Assembly: GCF_000315625.1 (NCBI RefSeq)
Contig: NW_005434512.1
Span: 1-64,000 of the forward strand
Direction of reading: 5' to 3'
DNA from: Guillardia theta CCMP2712
Lineage: Eukaryota > Protista > Cryptophyta
DNA length: 64,000 bases
The translations under genes and the position numbers were made by a program. Position 1 is the first letter of the stretch. The number at the start of each line of letters is the position of its first letter. Shown here one piece after another: positions 1 through 10,388 of this stretch. The notes below the pieces were generated by a model, which searched no databases, was not told the DNA's origin, and was given only the letters and a program-made list of their open reading frames with translations.

Positions 1-120
1 ACCGTGGCCGCTCTCTGTCACGACAGCCGTATGTGCGGATCCACATGCGACCTTACAGACTTTGACGCCGTCAAGAGAAGTGACTTGGACAGGGTCGTTG
101 GAGTTGTCTGCCACCAACGC
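1..120 (-). CDS. RCC1-like repeat exon (continues beyond the left edge)
   Basis: Manual minus-strand translation ALVADNSNDPVQVTSLDGVKVCKVACGSAHTAVVTESGHG fits the RCC1 repeat pattern P..V..L....V..VACG..HT..VT..G. Confidence 0.75.
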
Positions 121-169
121 TCATCACTAACAAACAATTTTAGTCATAGACTCGCACACGCCTCCTGCC

Positions 170-274
170 CTCTCACTTTGTACGAGCCCAGGCATACTGA
201 GAGAGGGACGACAGGGTCCTTGCTGCCTGCGCCATGCTCAGGAGGCGGTAGAAGGTGAGATCGGATGGCAGGAG

Positions 275-359
<85 letters not shown>

Positions 360-370
360 AAGGAAGGAGA

Positions 371-402
<32 letters not shown>

Positions 403-1746
403 AATGAGGAGGAAGACCATGGCAGAAGAGGGCAGGGAGGGACGCGACAGCGACTGAGACATCGAGAGGAGGCTGCATGCTCCGCTTCCTCAAGAACTCC
501 GGGAGGAAGGTGGCCATGCACATGATCCCGCCGAGCTTCTTCTCCCACAGCAGCGACGTCAACAGCGCTACGGTTGCTCCCTGTCGTCGATGACGTCATC
601 AGGAAATCCTCCCTCCCTTCCCCTCCCTCCCTCCCCTCCGTTTCTTTCACCTGTCCGAATCCTCCAATGACGATTCTTTGCGAAGGGATGCCTGCTCTTA
701 CACGATGAGGACAGGAAGGAGGACGAGGACGAGGAGAGAAACATGGGAGAAGAGAAAGAGGAGCGGAGGAAGAGGATGCGGACAAGAAGGATGAAGGATG
801 CCGAAGAGGACGAGGGAGGAAAGCAGGGAGGGATGGAGGAAGCAGAGCGGAAGGAATGCGCGCGATGCAGGAGGTGGAGGAACTTCGAGTACCTGACCGC
901 TCCTCTTGCTCCAGCAGCTCTATCACCATCCGAGCACTTCTCATCAACTAGTCGTTTTGATCACTGCAAGTCGGCAACTCCTCCACCACCACTCTACCTG
1001 CTCCTCCTCTCCCTCTCCCTCCCTTGCCCAGCACGCAGCACCAGCTCGGACGTCCTGTCCCTGCCTCGCCTGCATCAGCCACCAGCACAGCACTTGCATA
1101 CAAGTGTCGATCGACTCACTTGCTGCAGAGGAAACGTCCCGACAGGGAATAGGAACTTGCACCATGACAACTCCATCTTTGAAAACGCGCGCAACCATCC
1201 CTGCCCCACACATCAGACTTGCTCTACCTCCTTGTCCCCGCTCCTCCTCGTGGTCGTTGCTGCCGTGTCGTCTCCTCTCCCCTCTCCGCCTGCTCATTAT
1301 CCTCCTCCGTTTCGAACTCTTTCCTGTCCTACCTTCTTCCCTCACCTCGTTTCCTCTTTGGCTTCTATTCCATCTCCTACCTCCCTACCTCCTTCTACTC
1401 CCGCTCCCTCTCTCCCTCTCTCCCTCTCTCCCTGCCCCTGCCCCTGCCCCTGCCCCTGCCCCTCCCTCCCTTCCACCTCCCCTGCTACCTCACCCGCGGG
1501 TCGTCTCCTTCTTTCCCGTGTAACCAGATAACGGTAGACGTGTGGGCACGACTCGCTCCCAGCACAAACACTTCTGCCGTCCTCACCCTCTCCCCTCCTG
1601 CTGTGCACATACTCAGACATGCTAAGATCTTCCAAACACGAACGTCCTCCATTACCTCTCGCCTGCTCCTGCTCCTCCTCCAGCGACTGTGACGGTCGGT
1701 GGTCCCAGAACGATGAGGCTCCTGTACAATTTTCTCCCTTCAGCAT
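170..1746 (-). CDS. Phospholipase/carboxylesterase (APT1/LYPLA-like alpha/beta hydrolase), multi-exon; boundaries approximate
   Basis: Spliced exons read MRSARMVIELLEQEER / AGIPSQRIVIGGFGQ / GATVALLTSLLWEKKLGGIMCMATFLP / PALFCHG / SKDPVVPL, matching the abhydrolase_2 motifs GIPxxRIxxGGFSQG and HGxxDPVVP. Confidence 0.75.
268..402. repeat. (GGAGCA)n hexamer microsatellite, intronic
   Basis: Direct reading; lies between the CHG and SKD exons of the esterase-like gene. Confidence 0.95.
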
Positions 1747-1808
1747 GTAACTCGGGCAATTGAGCGAAAAAATTCAGCACAGTGGAGGGCAGGGGCAGGA
1801 CAAACACA

Positions 1809-2509
1809 CTAGATACCAGCAGGAGGCAAGCGCTTGGGAGCAGACGACTTGACTGGAGGGCAGTCGGATCTAAAACAACAAGATCGAGTGAGGTAAAGTT
1901 CGCAGGTCAACAACTTGAACTTCACTTTTGCATGTACAGCGTGGAATGATGCCTGCGAGAAACGTTGCGATAAGAAGATGAAACTCAATGTAGTGTACAC
2001 GTGAAAGGAAACTTTACAAGAAAGCTTTCACCTTGTGTTTCGAAGAAATTTGCAGTCAATGGGAGGAACGCTGCGAGTAATGAGGTAAGATGTTGTATGT
2101 GGTGAGAAGAACATCTCAACAAACCTTGTAAAGGGACTGCAAAGAGGAAGGAACAGGAAGCAAAGGAACAAGGAGGCCATTGGCGGCATGGAAGCGTTGT
2201 AAGTTTGCCTGAGTCTGGCAGAGAGCTTTCCCTTGTCTCAGCGTAGCATGGTAGGCAGAACCATGTAAGAGGAGGGGGCCTAATCGAACAAAAAGATCTG
2301 TCAGGAGAGGATAGAACGTGGAAGCCAGGCCGTTGCCTTTCCCCCTGCTCTTTGCCGACAGCCTTCCCTTTTCTACACCTTTAGTCTCATAAGCATCCTC
2401 GTTCTTCATGCTCTTCGATCTTTGCACATTCCTTCCTTTCTTCTCCTCTCCCTCCACTCCTCTTCATCTCCCTCCTCTCCGGTCTCCGTCTCCGTCTCCG
2501 CACTGCCAT
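1809..2509 (-). CDS. Possible upstream exons of the esterase-like gene or a separate small hypothetical gene
   Basis: Short open stretches (e.g. 2116-2457) with plausible splice sites; no family recognised. Confidence 0.3.
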
Positions 2510-2559
2510 TTTGGCACTGAAGCATTACGGATTTTCAGCGATATTAGTCAACTTGCCAC

Positions 2560-3000
2560 TATCACCCGGCCGACCAGACTGAACGAGTTTCCAAGTTCAA
2601 GTTACCGGGCCCGGCCGGGCCGCTCCACTCCGAGGCTTCAGGCCGCGTGACAGCCTTCAACGTGACTTAACTTAACTTTGAGTAAAGGGACTGCCGTACT
2701 GAGGCTATCTACATTGACCCCGACTGAGACCCAGGTGGGTCCCGGGGGCCAGCTTGCCTGAGCCTTCGTTCGGATGCGAACCGGGCCCCGAATCCGATGT
2801 TACTTCCCGGGCCCAGCATGCGGCCCCGCCCGGCCAGCCTCCGGCCCGAGCGACTCCGGACCGGGCCCTAGTCCAGCCGGACGGCCCGGTCCGGCCGGCG
2901 GCCTGACTCACTGAGTAACACCGGAAGTCACCGGTGACCGTAGTGAGTGCTCGCCGGGCCGCCGGCCCACAAACTTTTTGGCGCGAAACGGCCGCGTCGC
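2560..3000. promoter_or_regulatory. CCGG/GGCC-dense GC island between divergent genes
   Basis: About 19 CCGG sites by eye in ~400 bp, ending in CCACAAACTTT; similar islands at 12600, 21150 and 42590. Confidence 0.55.
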
Positions 3001-3011
3001 AGTGAGGTTTC

Positions 3012-4918
3012 ATGGCCTGCAGAGAATGGTCGATGACGGGCGCCATGCACGCGCGAGGCGGAGGAGCCATGGAGACGATGAAGGTGAAAAAGATAGATTC
3101 AGAGTCAGGTAGGGAGATGATCGCTGACTTTTATGGTTGCAGAAAAGCCTGAAGACAGTTGTTCTTGCTTTCAAGCTGGTAGGAAACGAAGCCAACTTGA
3201 GCAAGCTTGAGAGTGAATTGCTCCGAGTTTTACCTTTGATCTGCATCGTCAACCCCTCTTTCAAGCAGGAGCCAATCATTTTTTGTTCCAAGAGAGATGA
3301 AGTGGAAGTGCTGAAGGAACTTCAAAGCTTTTCAAAGAAGTCCAAGACAAAGTTGCAGAAGCTCGAACTCTCTCAAGACCTTGGCAACGAAAGTTTGATG
3401 CTGTGTCTGACCTGGGCCTTTTTTCATCACATGAGTGTAGTCATACAAGACAGATGGATAGACATTGGGTCCTCTACCGAAAATTCAAATCAGCTCAGGT
3501 TTCTGGTGCGTCTCAACGACTACTTGAAATGTCAGGAGAGCGGGGGAGGCTCTTGCCTTGGGTGTGACTGCCGAATTTCTTTCACAGAATCAGAACTTGT
3601 CTTCTCCTTTCTGGTGGGTCACTACCAGCTAAAATGTTGGAGACTTGAAAATCTTATTTCAGATTCCTCACCCTTTCGCAAGCGGCTGGAGAGAAATGAA
3701 GTTGTGGAGATGGGCGAAATGTTACCCTGTGATGACTTGAGCGGAAGATGTATCTTCCTGCATGGAATGCGTGACGCAACCATATTGGCTGTGTCCAGGT
3801 CACAAAGTTCTCTCTTAAAATTCCTCAAAGGAAAACTTGAGCAAGAATTTGATGACGTAAAACTGAATTCCTTCAAACCTGAATCTGATAAGATTGCGTC
3901 TCAGCTGATCCTTAACAAATGCTGGCAGACTGAGAATTATTACGTTATCATTCGTGCCTTTGAACTTGGCTTTGTCTGTTGCCCAGCATCTATGCTTGTA
4001 GCGTCGTTGTCTCTCATGCGAAACAGAAGCATTCAGTCGGATTTGAGCAATTCCATGATAATGTTACAGAGCTTTCGAGACTGCATGGAACGTATGTTCT
4101 TATCTATACGTGATGGTCTGTTTCGAATTTCAAACCATGATAAAAACTTCAGACATGGCACACGGTTGTCGGATTCAAAGGATGCCTGGGAGTTTGAAAC
4201 AATAGAGGCTTGGAGGAAACGTATGCGACAGGAAAACGATGAAAAGGCCGAGAGAGCAGCAAGGCGGATAGAGCAACTGAAACAAGATAGCATTGACGAC
4301 AAGATGATTTCACAATCGAAGCCTTTTGTACCCTTTGTCACCCTGCAATTTCGGAAGTTTGTTGCCGCAACTAGTTGTGGGAAGATCCCTTCCAAACGTT
4401 CGGCATACCAAGCTTTTGGAGAGAGTGATGCAGATACCCGCCATCCTGACGATATTTGCAGGGGCAACAAACAAGAAGTCATCGAACCGAAAGTTTTCTT
4501 GAAACTCTCAAACATGAAGGAGACTTCAGATAATCCTAAAGATGCACAAGAATCAAAAAGTCGTGTGGCCTTGGAATGCAAGGATAAGGAAAACTCTTCC
4601 AAGCTATCTCAAACCTCTTGCAATGAACAGCTCACCCCTCCGAATTCGGAAGACGCTGATTTTCAACATACTTCCATGAAAAAGAAGGGATCCAAAGGCA
4701 CAAGCTTGAAGAATGAAAAGAAGCCCAAATCATCCACTGATTGCGATATTGAATCATTGAAGGAGAAATTGAGATCTCTTTTCAAGTCGGAGGACACCAA
4801 AAACAAAGTTACGGTATCCGATCTCAAACTGTTTCTTTCCAGCGTAAAGTTGCCAGTTTCTGGAAAAAAGGAAATTCTCGTTGAGAGGGCTCGAAAGGCC
4901 CTTGAAACAAGCTCATAA
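3012..4918 (+). CDS. C18orf63/DUF4708-like protein with C-terminal SAP domain
   Basis: Long ORF 3137-4918 with a probable short first exon (intron ~3084-3142). The C-terminus VTVSDLKLFLSSVKLPVSGKKEILVERARKAL is a typical SAP motif. N-terminal blocks (CLTWAF...W..IG; RISFTESELVFSF; RCIFLHGMRDATI; YYVII...CPASML; MLQSFRDCM) are collinear with human C18orf63 as I recall it. Confidence 0.7.
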
Positions 4919-5028
4919 TCAAACAATGTCAAAATCCTTGATAGCGTCTGCTTTGTCGAGTTTGACAACATGACTGTTCAATGAAAGAGTGATAGTTCGA
5001 ATACGACTACTTAACATTTGTGCAAAAA

Positions 5029-7483
5029 CTATAACTCTGTCTTAATCTGGCCAGGCTTTGGAGTACTCTTCAGCCATGGTGGTATTGAGGCTCCAAGGGA
5101 ATTTGCATTCTAAGAAAGAAAGTTAGAATAAGAAACAAGAAAAATGTGGAACGAACCCGTTCAAGCTTGCTGACGCAGATATCCCAGACTCGAGGACAAT
5201 ATGTCGAGGAAACAAGCTAGATGTATGTCATCAGCAACGTGTCAATACCTGCCAAACCACTCACCTCTTGATCCAGCCCTTCGGCAGTCATGACGGAGTT
5301 ACACTCAGCAAGGATATTCAAGATGAGCATATTCTGTGCTCTTTCCCCGGGATAGTACTGAGACATGATCTGCTGGATGATCTGCCCTTGCAAGGGATTG
5401 ACCTGTTTGTCAAGTTTCTGACCAGCAGACGCGAAGTCCAAGTAGTCAAAGCAAGCACCAAACTGGTAGCCGTTGGGGACGACTCCGCTCTCAGGTGCCC
5501 AGATGTTGTTGTTCACGCGTTCTGCAACAGCCTTGAGGGAGGTTGCAATGTTCTGTTTGTAAGAAAATCCGTCCTGCAGGTTCAGGGAAGTGTAGATGGT
5601 GCCACTTGGGATGTAGATGATTTCCCCCGGAAGCTGGTTGCATTCCCAGAATTTCATCTTCTTGCCTCCCAAACCGAAGTCTTCCTCTAGCTCCTCCTTC
5701 TGCTGCTCGAAAAACATGAAGGCAGATGCAGGTTCCAGCACATCTTTTGCCTTCTCCCTCAGCGTTTCGAAGTCCTTCGGCGCCATCAAGAACCATCTCC
5801 TCTTGCCATGGACAAGGCCGTCCGAGAAGGGAATGGATTCTTGTCTGAGTTGCTCGCCGCTCCCCGCCGGCCCGAAAGTGAAAAAGTTGGAGGACGATTT
5901 CTGCAAGTTCGCCTTGAGATCCACTTTATCGGACACGAGCGATTGGAGATCTGCTGCTTTTGCCGCAAACCATTCACGACCTGAAGAAACGAGTTCAATC
6001 AGATTGTCCAAGAACATCCAGTCTTCAACCTGGTTCCATCTGCTGCAGCCATGCAAGCTCGCCTGCAGTCATCGCGAGCTACATCACATCGGATAGTTTT
6101 CAAAGCAAGACAACACTAACCGGCAACACCCTTTTCGAAGACCTTGAAAACAGTAGTGTTGCTTGCGAGGAGAGCAGCAGCAACAGTCTGTGATGATCGC
6201 AAGAACTCTGGTTAATGATATTTTATCACAACATCGCTTGGATCAACCTGTTCGCAATGTTCGGTGTCTGCACCACCGTTCTTCCTGAAGTCAGGTTTGG
6301 CCTACGAGCATTTTTCAACTTAGGTGTGGAAGGGATAATGCAGTGGACCTTGAGGTTGAAGCAGTTCATGAAGTATTTCTCCATGGTGACCAAGCTGAAC
6401 AGGAGATCAGTCGGAGCGACCAGTCGGGGTCTGCCACAGCCCACCTATACTCGTACTGCTCGTCCTCAGGAACATTGGATTGTTGCTTGTCGAAAGATCG
6501 CTTTTCTTTGGCCTTCACTGGCGACAGATATCTGTCCCAAAATTGTGAGAGGCATCGAGCCGCTACCAAACTATTCACTTGAGTTGTATCTCCGTGTTGG
6601 TCAACAGATTTTCAGAGGTAAACATCCTCCTGACCAACTTCGTCAGCGACTCATTCTCTATCTTTATCAATGACAGCCTTGCCTCATCATGTCCAAGGAC
6701 TTCATGCCACCAGTAATGATGAAGGGTTTACGGAGGTCAACCTTTCCTGTTGGTAATGCGATGAGTGCGATACCAACATCGCAAGACAGAGGTTGCTCTT
6801 CACCATTTTTGAGCAGAGAAACAAGATCGCTAGGACGCAAAGTCAGATGCAACTTGATCAAGAAATGGATCGTTCCACCTTGCAGGATACTTCTTGATAC
6901 TGCATTTCTTCGCGCCCTGCACATATCGTTCAATGACATCAACGCTGGGTCGAGTCAACTTCGACCTCTCCTTTCAGAGCCTTGACCCCAATCTCTTTGT
7001 CTAGGGAACAAGACACTTGTCAAAGGAAAGCGCACATGCTACAGGGCCGACGCAGCTCCGCACCGGTAAGTGAAGTGGGGACTGGCGCAGTTCCCTGCTT
7101 CCTGGCTTCAGCAGCAGCTTCCTCCTCTTGTCGTCGTGCAAAATCCTGTACAGCTATCAGTCTGGAACAAGCTGAGAGGTCTTAGTGGAGAACAAAGGAG
7201 AAGCAAGAAGCAGAGGCGAAATGGCTCTTCATGGTGGAGGTCAAGCAGTCGACCTTGAGCGCAAAATCAACTTTGTCTCTTGCTGCTCGAATGAACATGA
7301 TCTGCATGATCCCTTCAGACTTAGGCTGCCGGCCATAATGCTTCCAACCGTGTTCTGCGACATCTTCTTCTCCTCCGCAAAAGCAAGGAGTTCTTTCGTT
7401 TCGGCCACTGTTGCACGTGTGTCATAGACCATGCAGCCAACAAGATGCCGGGAGGAGAATAACACAACAAGAAAGACAATCAT
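5029..7483 (-). CDS. Secretory-pathway JmjC-domain protein (JMJD8-like), multi-exon, ending in KTEL
   Basis: N-terminal hydrophobic MIVFLVVLFSSRHLVGC; KPFIITGG; FFTFGPAGSG...GLVHGKRRWFL; ECNQLPGEIIYIPSG...SLNL. The last exon reads ...PKPGQIKTEL* (stop at 5029-5031). Confidence 0.8.
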
Positions 7484-7559
7484 GGGAAACTGAGTTGAAC
7501 ATGACTCTGATTGCAGACCAAATTACAGGATAGAACTGCCACAGCGCGATCAAGGGGAA

Positions 7560-8021
7560 TGCTTACACGCGCGGTCGAATTCATCTTTCTGAACCCGAAA
7601 GCTCATCGAGAAAGTCGTGTCCTGCAGGACGACGGAGCGCGCACTTTGAATCTCCATCATGGCAAAGAGAAATCCGAGCTAGCATGGAGAGGAGTCACTC
7701 GAGGGACTCGAAGCAGCAGGTGAGGACTCACCAGCAACGCCGAACCCTTCATGGCGAAGAAGCAGCTGCCGCGCGGAATCATCCTGCACAACTTGGTCAG
7801 CAGTCCATCGCATCTACCATCCTTGCTTGTGTGATCGAGATGCGTTCCCTCAGCAGAACTGCTCCCCCCCTCCCGGGCAAGCAAACCCTGTCTTCCGCAG
7901 AATCCTTCTTCTGATAAAAACAGAACAAAGTACCACCTATGACAATAACACTGATTGCATGTCTAATTTCTGCAATGTTTTCGCTGATTTTTACGCATCT
8001 TGAACGGAGTTGTCTCACCAC
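7560..8021 (-). CDS. Possible small multi-exon hypothetical gene
   Basis: Short reading frames bounded by plausible GT/GC-AG sites; no homology recognised. Confidence 0.25.
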
Positions 8022-8214
8022 CTCGCGCGCAGACTGCCACCTGTCCTCCTGGTCATTCCAACCAATCCCTTCTCCTTCTTTCTTCTCCTTCTCCTTCTCC
8101 TTCTCCTTCTCCTTCTTTCTTCTTCCCCTCTCTCTCTCTCCTCTCTCTCCTCTCCCTTTTCATCTTCTCGTTCGCTCCTCTATGATCCTTGCATTTTCTC
8201 GCACACACCCCAGC

Positions 8215-8960
8215 ATCTTCACCCCACCCCTTACAGATACTACCCATGTCTCATTTTATGACCGGTATCTCATGTAATTCAGTACCCACCCTTCTAAGTA
8301 GCAGACAGTCACATAGAACTCATACCACCCGTCAGTTGCTACCACCCCACCCGTACAAAAAATCTGCTGTCGTCATACTTCCATCGATCAGTCGGAAACC
8401 GTTACAAATTCGTTAACTTGTCCTCTTCGGTTACATTACCGTTGTTGCGACCGCACCTGTCTGCACACTGCGTTACAGAACCGTTATTTTTCGGCTCATA
8501 CGATCAAAAGCTCCCTTATCTCGACGTTTCGAATCTTCAGATCTACATCACGAGATATATATAAACTTGTAATGAGATAAATCCAGTTTTACTGCTGAGA
8601 ACAAGATAAAATAATTTAGTTTGTACTGATATTTCAATAATGTTTGTAAAGTTTCGTCCTCTTTACTGTATAAAACTCCATTTCGAAGAAGACCCCTCCT
8701 CTGTGTGTCGGTAAACTCAGTACCCACCCTTTCTAGATAAAATCAACGATTTTAGTACCCCTCTTCTAGCCCACCACCACCCCTGTAGCATCCCATTGAT
8801 CGAATGACTGTTTACATTTTTACTCAAAATTGGGTTAGGCAGGTGGGGGGTGGGGGTGAATTTCGAGCGTCTAGTTTCATATGAAAAGGTGGGTAGTGAT
8901 TGATATTTGAAGGGGTCAAAAGTAGGGTAGGGTACATATTTGTGGGGTGGCAAGTGCGCC
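8215..8960. promoter_or_regulatory. Divergent intergenic module: TACCC-rich blocks around an AT-rich core
   Basis: TCAGTACCCACCCTT at 8279-8293 and 8717-8731 flanks an AT-rich stretch at ~8400-8700. Confidence 0.5.
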
Positions 8961-9019
8961 TTTAGTCTTTCTTTTTGTTCCCCCAACACGGCTCATCCTT
9001 CTGCTCCTTCTGCTTGCTC

Positions 9020-9024
9020 CTGCA

Positions 9025-9076
<52 letters not shown>
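9020..9076. repeat. (CTCCTG)n hexamer microsatellite, probably in a 5' UTR intron
   Basis: Direct reading; followed by a CCGCAG acceptor just before ATG 9129. Confidence 0.9.
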
Positions 9077-9078
<2 letters not shown>

Positions 9079-9128
9079 TCTCCCTTCTTCACCTTGGGTT
9101 CATTCCTATCTCCCACTCCACCGCAGAG

Positions 9129-10180
9129 ATGGCAACCGCGCTTCTAGGATCCTTCTCACAAAAGGCCATCCCAAACTTCTGTCCCAGAGGTGTTACATCT
9201 GAGCCAGCCAATGCGCTCTCCAAGTTCCTGGACAGCAAAAATATCGAGATGTTTCTCGAAGAGGAGGGCGAAGACTCATTCATGGGATGCATGATCGAGC
9301 CTTCCGGTTATTCCCTGCACGCTTCTGGCAGGAAGTACCAGGCAGGCAAGTACGAGTACCGTGATCTTCACGCGGATACCATTGCGGATATGCAAACCGC
9401 AGCGACGAATCGGATGTCGATCCTCAGCATCCTTGATAACGATCTCTCGAGATCAAAGACATGCAACTCGTTCAACTTGAAGGCGAAGAAATTCGCCATG
9501 TCCGAGCAAAAGTTCATGGAGGGGGTGGCAGTGGTGGTGGTAGACGGCGACAGTGTCATGCTAGAGGAGGAGCCTGGAGATGGTTTTCTGCGACTTCCCT
9601 CCATGCGCTTCGAACAGTTCTGTGACGAGAGCGACGCCGGAAAGCTTGAGCAGGGAGCGGGACAGCTGCTGCCTTCCAAGGGGTTGACTGGCGGACAAGT
9701 GCATGTTGACATGCAAACGGGTGTGTTCGTGGACACGGAGATGGTAGATGGAGTGATGAAGCATCTGCACAAGCGCACTTTCTCGCGCGTGTTTGTGGTT
9801 CGTGGCAGCGCAGGCGATGTCAAGGTAGGGAAGCACATGCGGGAGCTTTTAGTGATGTTTCATGTCAGTGATGCATTGCTCGGCCTTGTTCTCTGACCTC
9901 TCACTCCTTATCTTGTTATCTCGACCTTACCTTCCATCAATATCAACATCTCTGATTCATCCATGTTATGCTGTACTCCATGTTATGTTGTTCTCCATGT
10001 TCTGCTGTATTTCATTTCATGCTACATTGAGTTCCTCCTTTAACGTTCTCGCAGGGCTCTGTACGTTTCCCCAGAGATCAGCTGGACAAGCTCACTGATG
10101 GCCTGGTGTACGACTTTGAGGGGAAGCAGATCAGCGCCAAGACTTGCAGCTTCTTGTGCAAAGTCAGAGAGGTGTTATGA
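9129..10180 (+). CDS. Hypothetical protein with a degenerate Nudix-like C-terminal half; exons 9129-9824 and 10055-10180
   Basis: AAG|GTAGGG donor and GCAG| acceptor join in frame. GVAVVVVDGDSVMLEEE...FLRLP resembles Nudix N-terminal strands, but the Nudix box is missing. Confidence 0.6.
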
Positions 10181-10388
10181 CGGCGCTGAAAGTGGAGGAG
10201 GAGGACAAGGAAATTGGCCACTAGGGGATGTCCTTTTGGTGTAAAAGTTTGGTGACCCCTACGTTGTTCGGCCTGTTTGAAATTCGATTGCTCTCTACAC
10301 TTTTTTTTTGTTTTCTTCTTGTTGTTGTCAACTCAAACATTAAAACTTTGAGATGAGAATCTGCCAAGCCTGAATGTGCGAGGATCCT

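Noticed and set aside
265-525. SR-rich (RSRSRS) or PAPAPA proteins here and at 8947, 29454 and 29549
   Set aside because: Frames of the GGAGCA hexamer microsatellite in introns or UTRs.
2705-3070. ORFs inside the CCGG islands (also 12615-12938, 21310-21589, 42833-43141)
   Set aside because: Low-complexity Gly/Pro/Arg/Ala translations expected from high GC content; no coding signature.
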